Source: Welwitschia mirabilis (taxonomy: Eukaryota). From it: DNA of 51,737 nt. The stretch lies in contig JBOZIK010000001.1 of NCBI GenBank assembly GCA_051453625.1, positions 33,627,155-33,678,891 of the forward strand, read 5' to 3'. The notes beneath the pieces are model-generated. The model had not been told where the DNA came from, ran no database searches, and saw only the letters and a list, made by a program, of their open reading frames with translations. Shown piece by piece: positions 38,301-49,927 of this stretch (its first letter is position 1; each line of letters starts with the position of its first letter). A program made the position numbers and the translations under genes.

Positions 38301-39782
38301 TTAATTTATTTTTGATTATTCATGAATATTTTTACATTTTCCTCAAAAGGATGGATGAAGTTAGTTATTGCATAAAGGAAGATGAATGCCAAGGATCAAG
38401 TGATGAAGGATAAGGGTCATGAAGTGCAATGAAATATGAGGGATCAAATCCATATAAATAATATGTTTCAAATTTGGAAGCTTGATGGTCAAATGAATAT
38501 GGAAAAGAGTGTGAAAGATAAGGATTATGGTGATTAAGTTCAATGAAGCCTTTAAATTTTACTTGAGTTGAATGTAATTACTGACAATTTTAAGTTAATT
38601 GTAGTTTGGAGTATTACAAGAATTATCACAATTTTCATAGGGTAAGTGGGGTTCAACAAGTGTGTTAAATGATTTATGAAATTAATTATGAGGTGTACAT
38701 TTTTTTTTCTTCTTAAGTTTTTAGAGGGATCCATACTAATTAACATGTTTTACTGAGATGAAAAAAGCATTTCTATGAATTTTGAAATTATTCTATGTAA
38801 AATGGCTGGTGGCACTTGTGAGGGAAGGTAATGGTACTAGTCAGGTTATTATTGAAATGACTATTACTAATCACTAGAATGGAAAACAAACAAATATATA
38901 CAATAAAAAAAAAGGACTAGTTTTAGTATCACTAGAAGGATCAATACCCACCACTGCAAAAATAAGATATAACTAAGAACTTATAAGAAAGAAAAAGTTA
39001 TGCTTTTTTTGANNNNNNNNNNNNNNNNNNNNNNNNNNNNNNNNNNNNNNNNNNNNNNNNNNNNNNNNNNNNNNNNNNNNNNNNNNNNNNNNNNNNNNNN
39101 NNNNNNNNNNNNNNNNNNNNNNNNNNNNNNNNNNNNNNNNNNNNNNNNNNNNNNNNNNNNNNNNNNNNNNNNNNNNNNNNNNNNNNNNNNNNNNNNNNNN
39201 NNNNNNNNNNNNNNNNNNNNNNNNNNNNNNNNNNNNNNNNNNNNNNNNNNNNNNNNNNNNNNNNNNNNNNNNNNNNNNNNNNNNNNNNNNNNNNNNNNNN
39301 NNNNNNNNNNNNNNNNNNNNNNNNNNNNNNNNNNNNNNNNNNNNNNNNNNNNNNNNNNNNNNNNNNNNNNNNNNNNNNNNNNNNNNNNNNNNNNNNNNNN
39401 NNNNNNNNNNNNNNNNNNNNNNNNNNNNNNNNNNNNNNNNNNNNNNNNNNNNNNNNNNNNNNNNNNNNNNNNNNNNNNNNNNNNNNNNNNNNNNNNNNNN
39501 NNNNNNNNNNNNNNNNNNNNNNNNNNNNNNNNNNNNNNNNNNNNNNNNNNNNNNNNNNNNNNNNNNNNNNNNNNNNNNNNNNNNNNNNNNNNNNNNNNNN
39601 NNNNNNNNNNNNNNNNNNNNNNNNNNNNNNNNNNNNNNNNNNNNNNNNNNNNNNNNNNNNNNNNNNNNNNNNNNNNNNNNNNNNNNNNNNNNNNNNNNNN
39701 NNNNNNNNNNNNNNNNNNNNNNNNNNNNNNNNNNNNNNNNNNNNNNNNNNNNNNNNNNNNNNNNNNNNNNNNNNNNNNNNNN

Positions 39783-40845
39783 ATAAAGGCTTAGATCATG
39801 GTGGAATAATCTCATTTATCATTTGAGTTTTAAGAAACTCAGTTGTCATTGATTTCTTATAGCCTTAGAGTAAAAATAAAAAGTATGAACTAATTGCATT
39901 CAAGATTCATGAATCTATTAAGACTATGAATGAATTAACAAAACAAATTTACTTGATTAATCAAAGTAAACTTAATAGTTGTGCTATTTCTTAAGTATTC
40001 CTAGTACAAAATAAAAGTTAAACTAACATTAAAAAAAAAATAACTATAAATTATTAAACCAAAAAAATGTACAGTTCATTAAAGATAAGAAATAGGAAGG
40101 AGTACTTATCTAGCTTCTTTAAAGCATGCTTACTCCTTAAGGAAGCACTTAGAGGGCCATGGGATATTGCCACTCTAAAGGTTTTGTGATTTACCAAAAT
40201 GAAGGATGAATATAATGAAGGACTCAAAGCCCTTTTATAGGTAAGCATAGCGGTGGGAAATGTTTACAAGTTTTTAGCTTGTAGCATTAGGTGAACATTT
40301 ATATGATCATGACATGAGATAAGATGGTTTATCATTTGTTCTATTTAATAGAGATTCCTATGATAACATCAATACTTGGCTCTTAGATGCTATAGCCACT
40401 ACTAACCACTATCATTATCATGTGTCTCCTTTATCATCCTACTTAGTAATGCCACATGCTGCTTTATAAGTTCTTATTATTACCACCACATGTCATCAAG
40501 AATAAAGGATATTTTCAAGATAGATGCTGATCAATCCTGTAACTCCAATTAACTAAATTATTCATGACATTTTGAAAATGTAAAAATGTAAGTGATCTAT
40601 CCACATAAACCAATGGCATTTGTAGTTATGCAAGTGTTTTAGCTTAATTAATCATCAAACTTTAGTAATATCCTTTAAGAGGCATTCAATATCCTAAAAA
40701 TGCCATGAAAAAGTGATAAGTTTATAACCAATATTAATAATAAATATAAGACATGTTTTGTAATAAAATTAATTATATTAACATCTTTTATTAAGATAAA
40801 CTAGGTATTTAACTTGATTAAAATATCAATTTGTACATGTCAACA
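39783..40845 (-). repeat. Element B 5' LTR (partial)
   Basis: Right edge tacatgtcaaca with no PPT beyond it. Shared blocks include ttagagtaaaaa..aaagtatgaactaat and gcccttttatagg. Confidence 0.85.
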
Positions 40846-41434
40846 TAAATAATCCTAATGAGGGTAGATGGCGAATAGAATACAAATTAAAGTTTAAGAA
40901 ACATAAAGCAAGTTTACAGGTGCCTTGTAAGATGTTTTGTGTAATATGTCCATGAAGAAATAAAACTGAAATAAAAAATGTGATCTTTTATAATCCAATT
41001 CTTAACAAAATCATGATATTTTTTTAGATTTTTAAAAATTTTTAATGTAATGTATACACAAAATAGAAAATTAAAAATTGAAAAACATAACAACTAAATA
41101 AAAACATGCAATCATAGGTTGAATTTCTAGGTTTTTTCCTCCTTAAAGTTTTCTCCTAAAGCAACCTGCAAGAAAATTATTAGACTAGCAAAATAAAATA
41201 GCTTAGACTAAAATTATAATCAAACTTAAAAACAAACTAGACTAGATTAGGTTTCACTAGAATGACTAATATCAACCACTGAAAAGCACATGACAGCACA
41301 TTAAAAAAAGACAAGAAGGACCAATTTGGATATCACTAAAAGGGACTAGTATCTACCAGTAAAAAAGTAAAAATGATTTATAAGAACTTGTAAAAGAAAA
41401 GTAAATGTTCGTCTAAGGTAACGTGTCCCATTAT

Positions 41435-41451
41435 TCCTTTCAATAGTTTCA
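41435..41451 (-). promoter_or_regulatory. Strongly decayed PBS of the host Athila element
   Basis: Reverse complement tgaaactattgaaagga. It is followed on + by the same aaaatctat spacer that follows the PBS at 8140-8157. Confidence 0.45.
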
Positions 41452-41458
41452 AAATCTA

Positions 41459-42385
41459 TGTTAAATTAAGTTAAAACTTAATTATCATTCTATCTAATGG
41501 AATATCTAAGATGGTTTTTTAGTAGTTGCACAAACTTTAACTTAAGTGCAAGTTATAATTTAAAAAAAAGATAATATAAAAGGATGATTTTAGAGTTGTA
41601 TTTAAAACTTTGACTTGAGAGAAAAGAGAAATAAGCTAGCCCTAAGATTTCACTAATTTCTTTTCTATCAATCCTTTACTCCAATTCTATCAAATGCCTT
41701 TTATGCAATACATTTAAAATTATTAAGTATTTTTGGCCTAGATAATGATGACATAATCTCATTCAACATATGAATAATGGTGAACTGAATTATCATTTGA
41801 TCTTTTACAATCTTAAATAATAATGAAAGGTAAAGATCCTAAGTACTTAAATTCCATAAAGTTAAGGGACTTAAATCCAATGGTTAAAGAGCTTACTCAA
41901 TATGAAATGAATATTTAATGATTAATTTACTACCTAATCATTCCAAGTATAAAATAAATCATGATTTGAAATCAAAAGCAACGCTTTATTTCTTAAAGAA
42001 AAAATTACTTTACAACAAATTAAGAAAGATGCTATAGAACTTCTCAAGCAATCCTCAAAAACTAGCTTACTCCTCAAAGAATTTCTTATAAGGTCATCAC
42101 AAATAATGATTTAAAGGTTTTAAATTCTACAAAGTCAAAGATGATACAATGAACTAAAAGCCCTTTTATAGGGGAAATGGGGGTGAGAGCCAGTTACATG
42201 ATCTTGGCTTGTAGGGGTTAGTGAGTGATTAACCTAAAATTGTTACAGGTCATTCCTAAGTCAATAATTATTGTAAAAATCAATAGAATACATGTTTTTA
42301 TGATAAAATTAATTATATTAATATCTTATATTAAGACTAATTAATCTATTAACTTAATTGTAATGCTAATATTTACATGTTAACA
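41459..42385 (-). repeat. Host Athila 5' LTR (internally deleted)
   Basis: TG at 41459 and tttacatgttaaCA at 42385. Homologous to the element B LTRs and to 20810-20977. Confidence 0.82.
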
Positions 42386-42717
42386 CCTTATGCAGGGGTC
42401 CTTTTGTATAGGATCAATCCATGAAAAGCTATAACTTAGTACATAGGAGTAGGAGATATGTATATAAGGGGGTATAATAAAAGCAATAACTAAGCTTCTT
42501 AACTATATCAGATGTTCAACCTTTCACGATTACACAACTAATAAGTACCATTGGCAAAATTGATAAAAGAGGATTAATGGTGCTCTAAAGGTATGTAAAT
42601 TATAAGCCTAAAATTAAAACTTTTATATCATTAAAGAATATTATTAATTTTACATAATAAAAGTAATTACTAAAATTTAAAAACTAATCTACATATATTA
42701 CCTTCCTAGTAGCCTCT

Positions 42718-43867
42718 TGTTTGTGTATAACAGTGAACTAGATATAACTAGGTAACAACTTAGTATCATTCTTCCATATGGATATATGTGATAACTTAAT
42801 AAAAAAGAACATGATTATTTAAACTTATAATGAAAAGAAAAAAAAAAAATAGAAGTATAAGAATTTTATTAATCTTCACTTGGCAACATAAGGGAATGGA
42901 AGTTCTCTAAAGATTTATCTAGTTTATCCAATACTCCACCTTTATTCTAATAACTCATGTATTTCTAAAACATAATTAAAATTATCAAATAACTAAGGAT
43001 AAAAAATGAAGGAATAATCTCATCCACCACATAAGTATTGATGAGTTATCTAGTACCTTTGATCCTTTAAAATCCTTCATAAGCATGGGAAGTATGAATA
43101 AATGTATCTAAGATCCATTAAATAACAGTGACTATGATATCTCAAAGTGACCTCAAACAATTTACTTAACCATGAAAGAACTTAATAATAAAGTAGATTC
43201 ACCTAAAGATTACTAATACCAATTCACTATTTATTAACAATAAAAGAATCAAACCAACTTTAGAACTAGTCTCACCTAAAGATTGCTAATACCAAATGAA
43301 TTGTACATTAATAATGAAAGGATGAAAAACTGATTCTTCTATTGAAACTAAAAATATATATTAAATTAATGAAGAGATATGTGAAGATAAAAGAATCCTC
43401 AACTAGCCTTTGAACATTTGGCTCCTAAGAAAGATGATTAAATCACCATGATGTTCTAGCATTATAATTATTTCCTACATTACCCAATCAAAAGATCCAT
43501 TATAATAGGGGATTAAGGCACTTTTATAGATAAGCGGAGGCTTGGAAAGAATTGTTATGATTTCATTACATGAGTGATTAATGGGAAATTACATAAGGAA
43601 GGTTACATTAGGCCAGTTGCTTAAGGAGGAAATTACAGTTTTTAATATGTAGCCATAGAGAAGAATTCTTTGTCTTTTTATGTAAATACCATAATGAATG
43701 TCTTCTTATAACTGATGATTCTACCAATGAATGCCATATCATGTGTTTTCACATAGTTATTATCATTGTATCACATGTTACTATGACATGTTATTTTACA
43801 CTCTATCANNNNNNNNNNATGTGTCCTCATGTTTGAAGATTTATTCTAGACTAGCTTCTCAAATAAC
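42718..43867 (-). mobile_element. LTR fragment related to the element A LTR
   Basis: The reverse complement of 42720-42820 matches the LTR A end (aatcatgtt..aagttatcaca..tatcc). 43590-43780 matches 23715-23900. It has the same ~70-bp internal repeat (tcacctaaagatt.ctaatacca at 43199 and 43272). Confidence 0.75.
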
Positions 43868-45451
43868 TATTAGAAAATCTAGGGTTGATGATTCCACTTA
43901 TCAAATATTTTATATCATTACATAGATAAATAATTATAGGAATATCAGAACTTGATAGGAACTAGATCATAATGGATCTTTAGAGGAAACATCTTATGAA
44001 CAAGATCAAATGCTAAACTATAAAATCAATTATTTGAAGACATCTGAGAAAGTAAAAACATCTAAAATGAAGATGCCTCAGGATTTAAAGATGTCTTAAA
44101 TGTACTAGAATTTAGTAGTAGGCTAAAAGACATTTGCCATATTGTGGAAGACTAAACTAAAAGTTGAACTTGACACGAATAAAGACATCTACAAAATTGA
44201 ATATGTTTATACTGAGCCAAGACAAGTATCATAGTCAATTTTATTTTTGACTAATATCTTGAATTATAGATGAGCTATCAACTTGTAGACATTAAATTCA
44301 TGATCATGTAGGTTCAAGGATATTGTAGTGTAAATTTCATCAAAATATAGACAAGCTGACTTAAGATGTTTATAAAAGTAAATATGTATAAAAAAGAGAC
44401 ATCTACAAAAATAANNNNNNNNNNNNNNNNNNNNNNNNNNNNNNNNNNNNNNNNNNNNNNNNNNNNNNNNNNNNNNNNNNNNNNNNNNNNNNNNNNNNNN
44501 NNNNNNNNNNNNNNTATAAAAGTAAATATGTATAAAAAGAAGACATCTACAAAAATGAAGACATCTATAGTGAAGACATTTGAAAAATTCAAGAGGTCTC
44601 AGACCAAAGTTCATGTTGATTAAAAAAAAGTTACATACTTGAAGCATAGACTTAATTATTCATTACATAGTAGTTACAAATTTAAATGGCTACCTTCCAA
44701 GCTCAAATAACTAGATCTTTCTCAACATTATAAAGACTTAATGTCATGATTTTTGAAAAGGAAATTTGATGCTTTATTAATTAATTAGAAATATAAAGAT
44801 TTCTTATCTCTTAACAATCAAGTCAAAAGAAAGCCTACACAAGTAAAATAAACTCCAATTAATAATTAAGGCATCATTACAAAGGAGCTATTACTACTAT
44901 TATCATTCACATTTGGATCTTAATTACTATATTCTTAATTCAGGCTTGTGATTGTAATAAAACTTTAAGGATATTAAAATCTTCATCAAAGCAAACTTAG
45001 CTTGTTATTGTATTGCATTTTTGTTTTAACTATGAACTATCTCATTATTGAATATTATTTTAAAATCCATTATTAAATATTAAACACATTAAAGGCAATC
45101 CTTATATGGGTATGCATTTAAAGTTATACTAGTGAGCACTTGTGTGTGGTAAAGATTAATAGTAAGCTAAAAAACCATTATTCCCTTAATAAGAAGAGAG
45201 TGCTATCTTGTGAAAAGACTCTTATTTATTATAATATTAGTGATGCACTAGAAAACTAGTATTTTCTTATAGATTAAGAATATCTAAAGATGTGAGTCGA
45301 AGCTACCCTTTATGTGTGAATGTAGCCAGGTTTGGAAACAACATTATTTTGATAAGATCTTCTATTATGAATTTTTATTCTATTATTTGGTTTAAATTTT
45401 TATTTGTTATAAATAACTCATCCCTCTCCTTTGTGTTCAAATAGATCCTTA
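43868..45451 (+). mobile_element. Sirevirus-like 5' LTR (family D)
   Basis: The start aligns with 4471 (atgatt..acttatcaaatattt..tcatt) and the end actcatccctctcc...gatcctta aligns with 6125-6162. Followed by a PBS and gag. Confidence 0.85.
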
Positions 45452-45453
45452 AG

Positions 45454-45465
45454 TGATATTAGAAT
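45454..45465 (+). promoter_or_regulatory. Primer binding site, tRNA-iMet type (decayed)
   Basis: tgatattagaat vs TGGTATCAGAGC: 8/12, all four differences C>T or G>A, 2 nt after the LTR end. Confidence 0.7.
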
Positions 45466-45503
45466 AAGCACTCATAAAAAGAAGTAACTTCCTTAAGTGA
45501 ACA

Positions 45504-47729
45504 ATGGAAGGGATTCCATTTGTTAGATCTTCGCTCTTCAAGTGGAAAAATTGTACTTATGGGAAGATGAGAATGTAAATTTTCTTTTGATCTTATGAGT
45601 TTTAGAGTTAGAGAAATAAAGAAGAAAGAGCTAGAAAAACTATGATAGAGGAAAATAAATCTATAGAAGAAACCTATCTTACTCTCATGACCATTGCACA
45701 TTCTCAAGAAGACAATGAAGAAATAGGAGAAAAATATGAAATAGATGATGGAGATAACACAAGGTTATATCTTTAAAAAAGATAAAATCTATGTATTAAA
45801 ATGGAAAGATTACTTAATACTCATGAATAATCTTATAAATAGGAAAAGAATATTAGCAATAAATTATCTTTAAAAAACTCAGCTCATGAAGCTGAGGTTA
45901 TTAGACTAACATGTGAATTAAAGTGTGTTAGATAGGAATTTTCATATTTAAAGAAGATCAATAAGAAACTCATCCAAGAAAATAAGACCTTAAATGTTAT
46001 GCTTGAAAAGTGCAGATACTTAAATGACAATAATGGAATGAAACAAAATGAAGCTACAATAAGCACTTCAACCTTATCACCCAATAAATAAAATTATAAG
46101 TTAAGGTATCAACACTTTATGTATACAAATAATATTATTTGTTATTATTATCATAATAGAGGTCATTATTAGTATAGATGTCTAATTAAATTTAAAAGTA
46201 GGAATTATACTAATAATGCCCAAAGGTAAATTAGTATGATATAATGTTTTGTGTAGGAAAAACCAAGAAAAATATGGATTTCTAAATCAAAGACAATAAT
46301 TTTAACTCAAATAGTACTTATAGTAGTAAAGAAACAAATACAATATATTGATAGGATATAATTAAGGCACACGACTACAGACAAATCCAACTTCACCACC
46401 TTTTAACTCAAATAGTACTTATAGTGGTAAAGAAACAAATACAATATATTGATAGGAGATACTTAAGGCACATGACTAAAGACAAATCCAACTTCACAAC
46501 CTTAGTGGAATAAGATAAGGAAGTTGTAACCTTTTAATACAAAAGCATTAATCAAAGGTATTGACATTATTAGATGAGATAATTTACCTAAGGTAAAAGA
46601 TGTCTTTTTTGTATAAGGTTTGCAACATAATCTCTTAAGTGTAAGTAAACTCTGTGATGCAAATTTTTTCTGTTACATGTACAAAGAATGATTGTGTTAT
46701 AAGAGAACAATATACTAGCAAAGTATTATTTGCTAGAGTAAGAAAATTAAATGTTTACATTACCAGCTTGCAAGATATATCTAATAATGGAACTAAGTGT
46801 TTTCTTAGCAAAATAGATAAAGTAGGAATCTTGATTATGTAAAGAATGATCTTCTTAAAAACTTGTCCATAAAGGAATTAGTAAGAGGACTTTTCAAGTT
46901 TAAAGGCATTAATGATTATATTTGTAAAGCTTATCAAAAAGGAAAACTAACAAAGGTAAAATTTGGTAAGAACAATGTTATATTTATTGAATATCCATTA
47001 GGTCTCTTACATTTAGAAATTGTTGATCCTTCATTTACAAAATGTTTAGATAAGAAAAGATATTATCTAATAATTACATATGATTTTTCATGTTTTACAT
47101 GCATATCCTTCCTTGCACATAAAGATGAGGCTCTTAATGCTTTTTTTGAGTTGTGCACTAGGTTGCAAAATCAACAAGGATACAATATTAAAATGATAAG
47201 GAGTAACAATGGTACTAAGTTTAAAATGTAAAGTGTAGAAAATTCTATTAATAGTTTGGTATTCTACATCAATTCTTAACGTTAAGGACACCACAACAAA
47301 ATGGAATAACTAAAAGAAAGAACAAGATTCTAAATAATATGGTTAAGATAATGATGCATGAAAAAAGGTACCATATCATTTTTTGACATAAGTAATTAAT
47401 ACAGCATGCTATGTTTCCAACAGATTTATGGTAAAAATATTAACTTCAAAAATGTTTCATGAGTTATGATTAGGCATAAAACCTTCTATTAAGTACTTTC
47501 ATATTTTGGATCAACATGATTTACTCTAAATAAAAGAAAAAATTTAAGAAATTTTGATTTAAAAGTTGATGAAGTAATCTCTCTAGAATATTCTATAGTT
47601 AGTAAAGCTTATAGAGCATACGATAATAGAATTCGTGTAGTTCAAGGAATCATGAATGTCAAAATAAATGATGTTTAACTCCTATAAATATGAAAGAGTA
47701 TTATGTACCTATGCAATTTATTCAACCCT
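45504..47729 (+). pseudogene. gag-pol: Sirevirus-like gag-protease-integrase relic
   Basis: MEGIPFVRSSLFKWKNCTYGKMRM, zinc knuckle CYYYHNRGHY*YRC (46140-46181), QYIDRRYLRHMTKDKS (decayed WYLDSGCSRHMTG), GLQHNLLSVSKLCD, integrase ORF 46863-47231 (LVRGL..ICKAYQKGK..PLGLLHLE..IRSNNGTKF), RTPQQNG. Confidence 0.93.
46300..46501 (+). repeat. 101-bp tandem duplication covering the protease active-site region
   Basis: 46300-46400 vs 46401-46501, 6 substitutions. Confidence 0.95.
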
Positions 47730-48349
47730 NNNNNNNNNNNNNNNNNNNNNNNNNNNNNNNNNNNNNNNNNNNNNNNNNNNNNNNNNNNNNNNNNNNNNNN
47801 NNNNNNNNNNNNNNNNNNNNNNNNNNNNNNNNNNNNNNNNNNNNNNNNNNNNNNNNNNNNNNNNNNNNNNNNNNNNNNNNNNNNNNNNNNNNNNNNNNNN
47901 NNNNNNNNNNNNNNNNNNNNNNNNNNNNNNNNNNNNNNNNNNNNNNNNNNNNNNNNNNNNNNNNNNNNNNNNNNNNNNNNNNNNNNNNNNNNNNNNNNNN
48001 NNNNNNNNNNNNNNNNNNNNNNNNNNNNNNNNNNNNNNNNNNNNNNNNNNNNNNNNNNNNNNNNNNNNNNNNNNNNNNNNNNNNNNNNNNNNNNNNNNNN
48101 NNNNNNNNNNNNNNNNNNNNNNNNNNNNNNNNNNNNNNNNNNNNNNNNNNNNNNNNNNNNNNNNNNNNNNNNNNNNNNNNNNNNNNNNNNNNNNNNNNNN
48201 NNNNNNNTTAAATTTATTTCATTTCAAACACAAAATTTGATTATTTAAAATGTTTTAACTTGATTTCAAAATGTGTAATATCTTAACGAGGGGGATCTTT
48301 TCTATGTTGGAAGTTTTTTTACAACTAAGTTTTGTTTTCCATCAATTTT

Positions 48350-48360
48350 AAAGGGGAAGA
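48350..48360 (+). promoter_or_regulatory. Polypurine tract; a second copy gaggggga at 48288
   Basis: aaaggggaaga immediately before tTGT. Confidence 0.8.
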
Positions 48361-48361
48361 T

Positions 48362-49927
48362 TGTGAGATTATGTTTTACCAATTGATGTTAAACTGATGT
48401 TTTCTATATAACAATTTTTTTATTTTTGTATAGAAGATGTTAATTACTTGTATGTCAAAAGATAAAATCAAAATCATCAAGTTCTGAGTACTAGAAACCT
48501 GTCAATTTATTTACCCTCTTAAGGGTTGACCGAATTTTCAAGGGATCGACTACATCTGAAGTAGACAGACAAAATAAACTAAATCTAGAGGGGTCAACTA
48601 GATTTCTGATGGGATTAACTAGATCTGTAACCTTAAGAATACTGTCCCTGAACCAAATGACAAGGGGTTAACTAGACCTTTATGGGGTTGACAAGATTTG
48701 AGGACCTAATAACAGTTCCTTGGGATAAGTGACAAGGGGTTGACCGGATCCACTATGGAGTCGACCAAATCTGTGAACTAAGGAATAGTACTCTTAAACC
48801 AATTAATCAGGGGTCATCCAGACCTATGATAGAGTCAACTAGACCTAAGCACTATGTAGCTAATACTCTTAAGTCAATCGTCATGGGGTCAACTAGACAC
48901 TTAAAGGGGTTGATCGGACCTGATTTTAAAAATTGGAAAGATCTTTATCAAAATAAGCAGGTAACTAGATTTTGTTGTAGGTGACTAGACTAGGGGTCAA
49001 CTAGACTTATATGGGTTAACTGAATATGAAGCCATAAGAAATTGGGGTGATTAAAATTTTCACTTGGGTAATTTATGTAAGTAATAGCACTTGATGGGGT
49101 CGACCGGACTTTTAAGAGGTCGACTAAATGGAACGGAACTAAAATTTTCTATCTATTATGTATCTATTATGTATCCATTAGATAGTAATTTTATAATTAT
49201 TTATATTTGTTGGAAGTGCATTTCAAATGTAATAATACCTAAAATCCTTCCAATATATATAGCCAAAAGATAGATAACCATAGAACCTTTTGGAACCTCT
49301 CTTAATTTGTTAAATCCTTTAGATCTAATGAACTAGCACTGTAATCATGAGATATTCATTATTGAGCCTTAGCATTTGTACTTATGACCAAGGAAGATTT
49401 ATTATTTGTATCATCTCTACATTCAAGGTCAGATCTTATGCTTCATCTATTGTAAATCTATAGGAGAAAAGCTCCATCAAATCTACTATATTAAGAACAA
49501 GTGATATCTGTGCATATTGATATCATTACATTACTATCCTACTTTATGAAAGGTTAATACTAAGACTTGAAAAGTCTTTCAAAGTTTGAGAGTAATCCTA
49601 TGAAATTCAATCTTGTAAAGATTACAGGTGAACCTAGAATACCTAGTGGAGTAACAAAGATCCGGATCAAGCTTGGTGATAAGTTAATCATCGAGAGTGA
49701 AGTAGGAGGTTTTCTGAATTACTATAAAGCATATGTACATCTATTTTGTATTTTGTGATTTTAGTTAGTTAATTTTTTACTTCTGTTATATTTTCTTTTT
49801 ATGCACATTTTGGATTAGTGATTTATTTGTGCAAGTTTTTAATACATATTTGATTTATTTAGAATACTCTGTTGTAATTTTTTTTAAAGAACCTGTTCAC
49901 CCACCTCTAGGGTTATCGATTCTATCA
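48362..49927 (+). mobile_element. Sirevirus-like 3' LTR (family C), complete, ~1.57 kb
   Basis: TG..CA ends, preceding PPT, palindromic motif array, TATA-like tatatatag at ~49254, and 3' motif gttcacccacctctag...tatCA. Confidence 0.9.
48520..49130 (+). repeat. Array of ~18 GGGGTCGACCGGA-like motifs arranged in pairs
   Basis: Pairs start at about 48521/48542, 48590/48611, 48664/48684, 48736/48757, 48810/48831, 48885/48906, 48993/49012, 49096/49117, plus two partial copies at ~48959/48980. Confidence 0.88.

Larger units (their letters stand above)
34009..40845 (-). mobile_element. Non-autonomous Athila-related LTR element B (no pol in the sequenced part; two gaps)
   Basis: 3' LTR ~34009-35332 with PPT 35333-35346; 5' LTR visible at 39783-40845, the rest and the PBS presumably in the gap; 5' UTR motif at 38914-38970. 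The left edge is uncertain by ~10 bp. Confidence 0.8.
20380..42385 (-). mobile_element. Athila-type Ty3/gypsy element, formerly autonomous, hosting two nested insertions
   Basis: Minus-strand order: 5' LTR 42385-41459, PBS, UTR, [insert B], gag, PR, RT, RNase H, INT N-terminus, [insert A], INT, ~1.3 kb 3' UTR, PPT 20991-20978, 3' LTR. Both LTRs start TGTTAACATGTAAA. Confidence 0.8.

Noticed and set aside
42700..42717. Possible PBS next to the LTR fragment at 42718
   Set aside because: The match to the Athila PBS consensus is too weak to call.
4471..45451. The two family D LTRs as ends of one 41-kb element
   Set aside because: Wrong order: the left one follows a PPT (3' LTR) and the right one precedes a PBS (5' LTR).
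6211..48248. Long ORFs of 130-280 aa in the ORF track
   Set aside because: They are almost entirely X residues read through N gaps.
48520..49130. CRISPR-like appearance of regularly spaced palindromic repeats (also 300-840 and 5620-5945)
   Set aside because: The repeats are degenerate, the spacers are related to one another, they lie inside LTRs, there are no cas genes, and the context is plant DNA.
1..49927. Inverted family C LTRs as terminal inverted repeats of a giant DNA transposon
   Set aside because: Both have LTR hallmarks and are diverged, no transposase is present, and independent insertions explain them.
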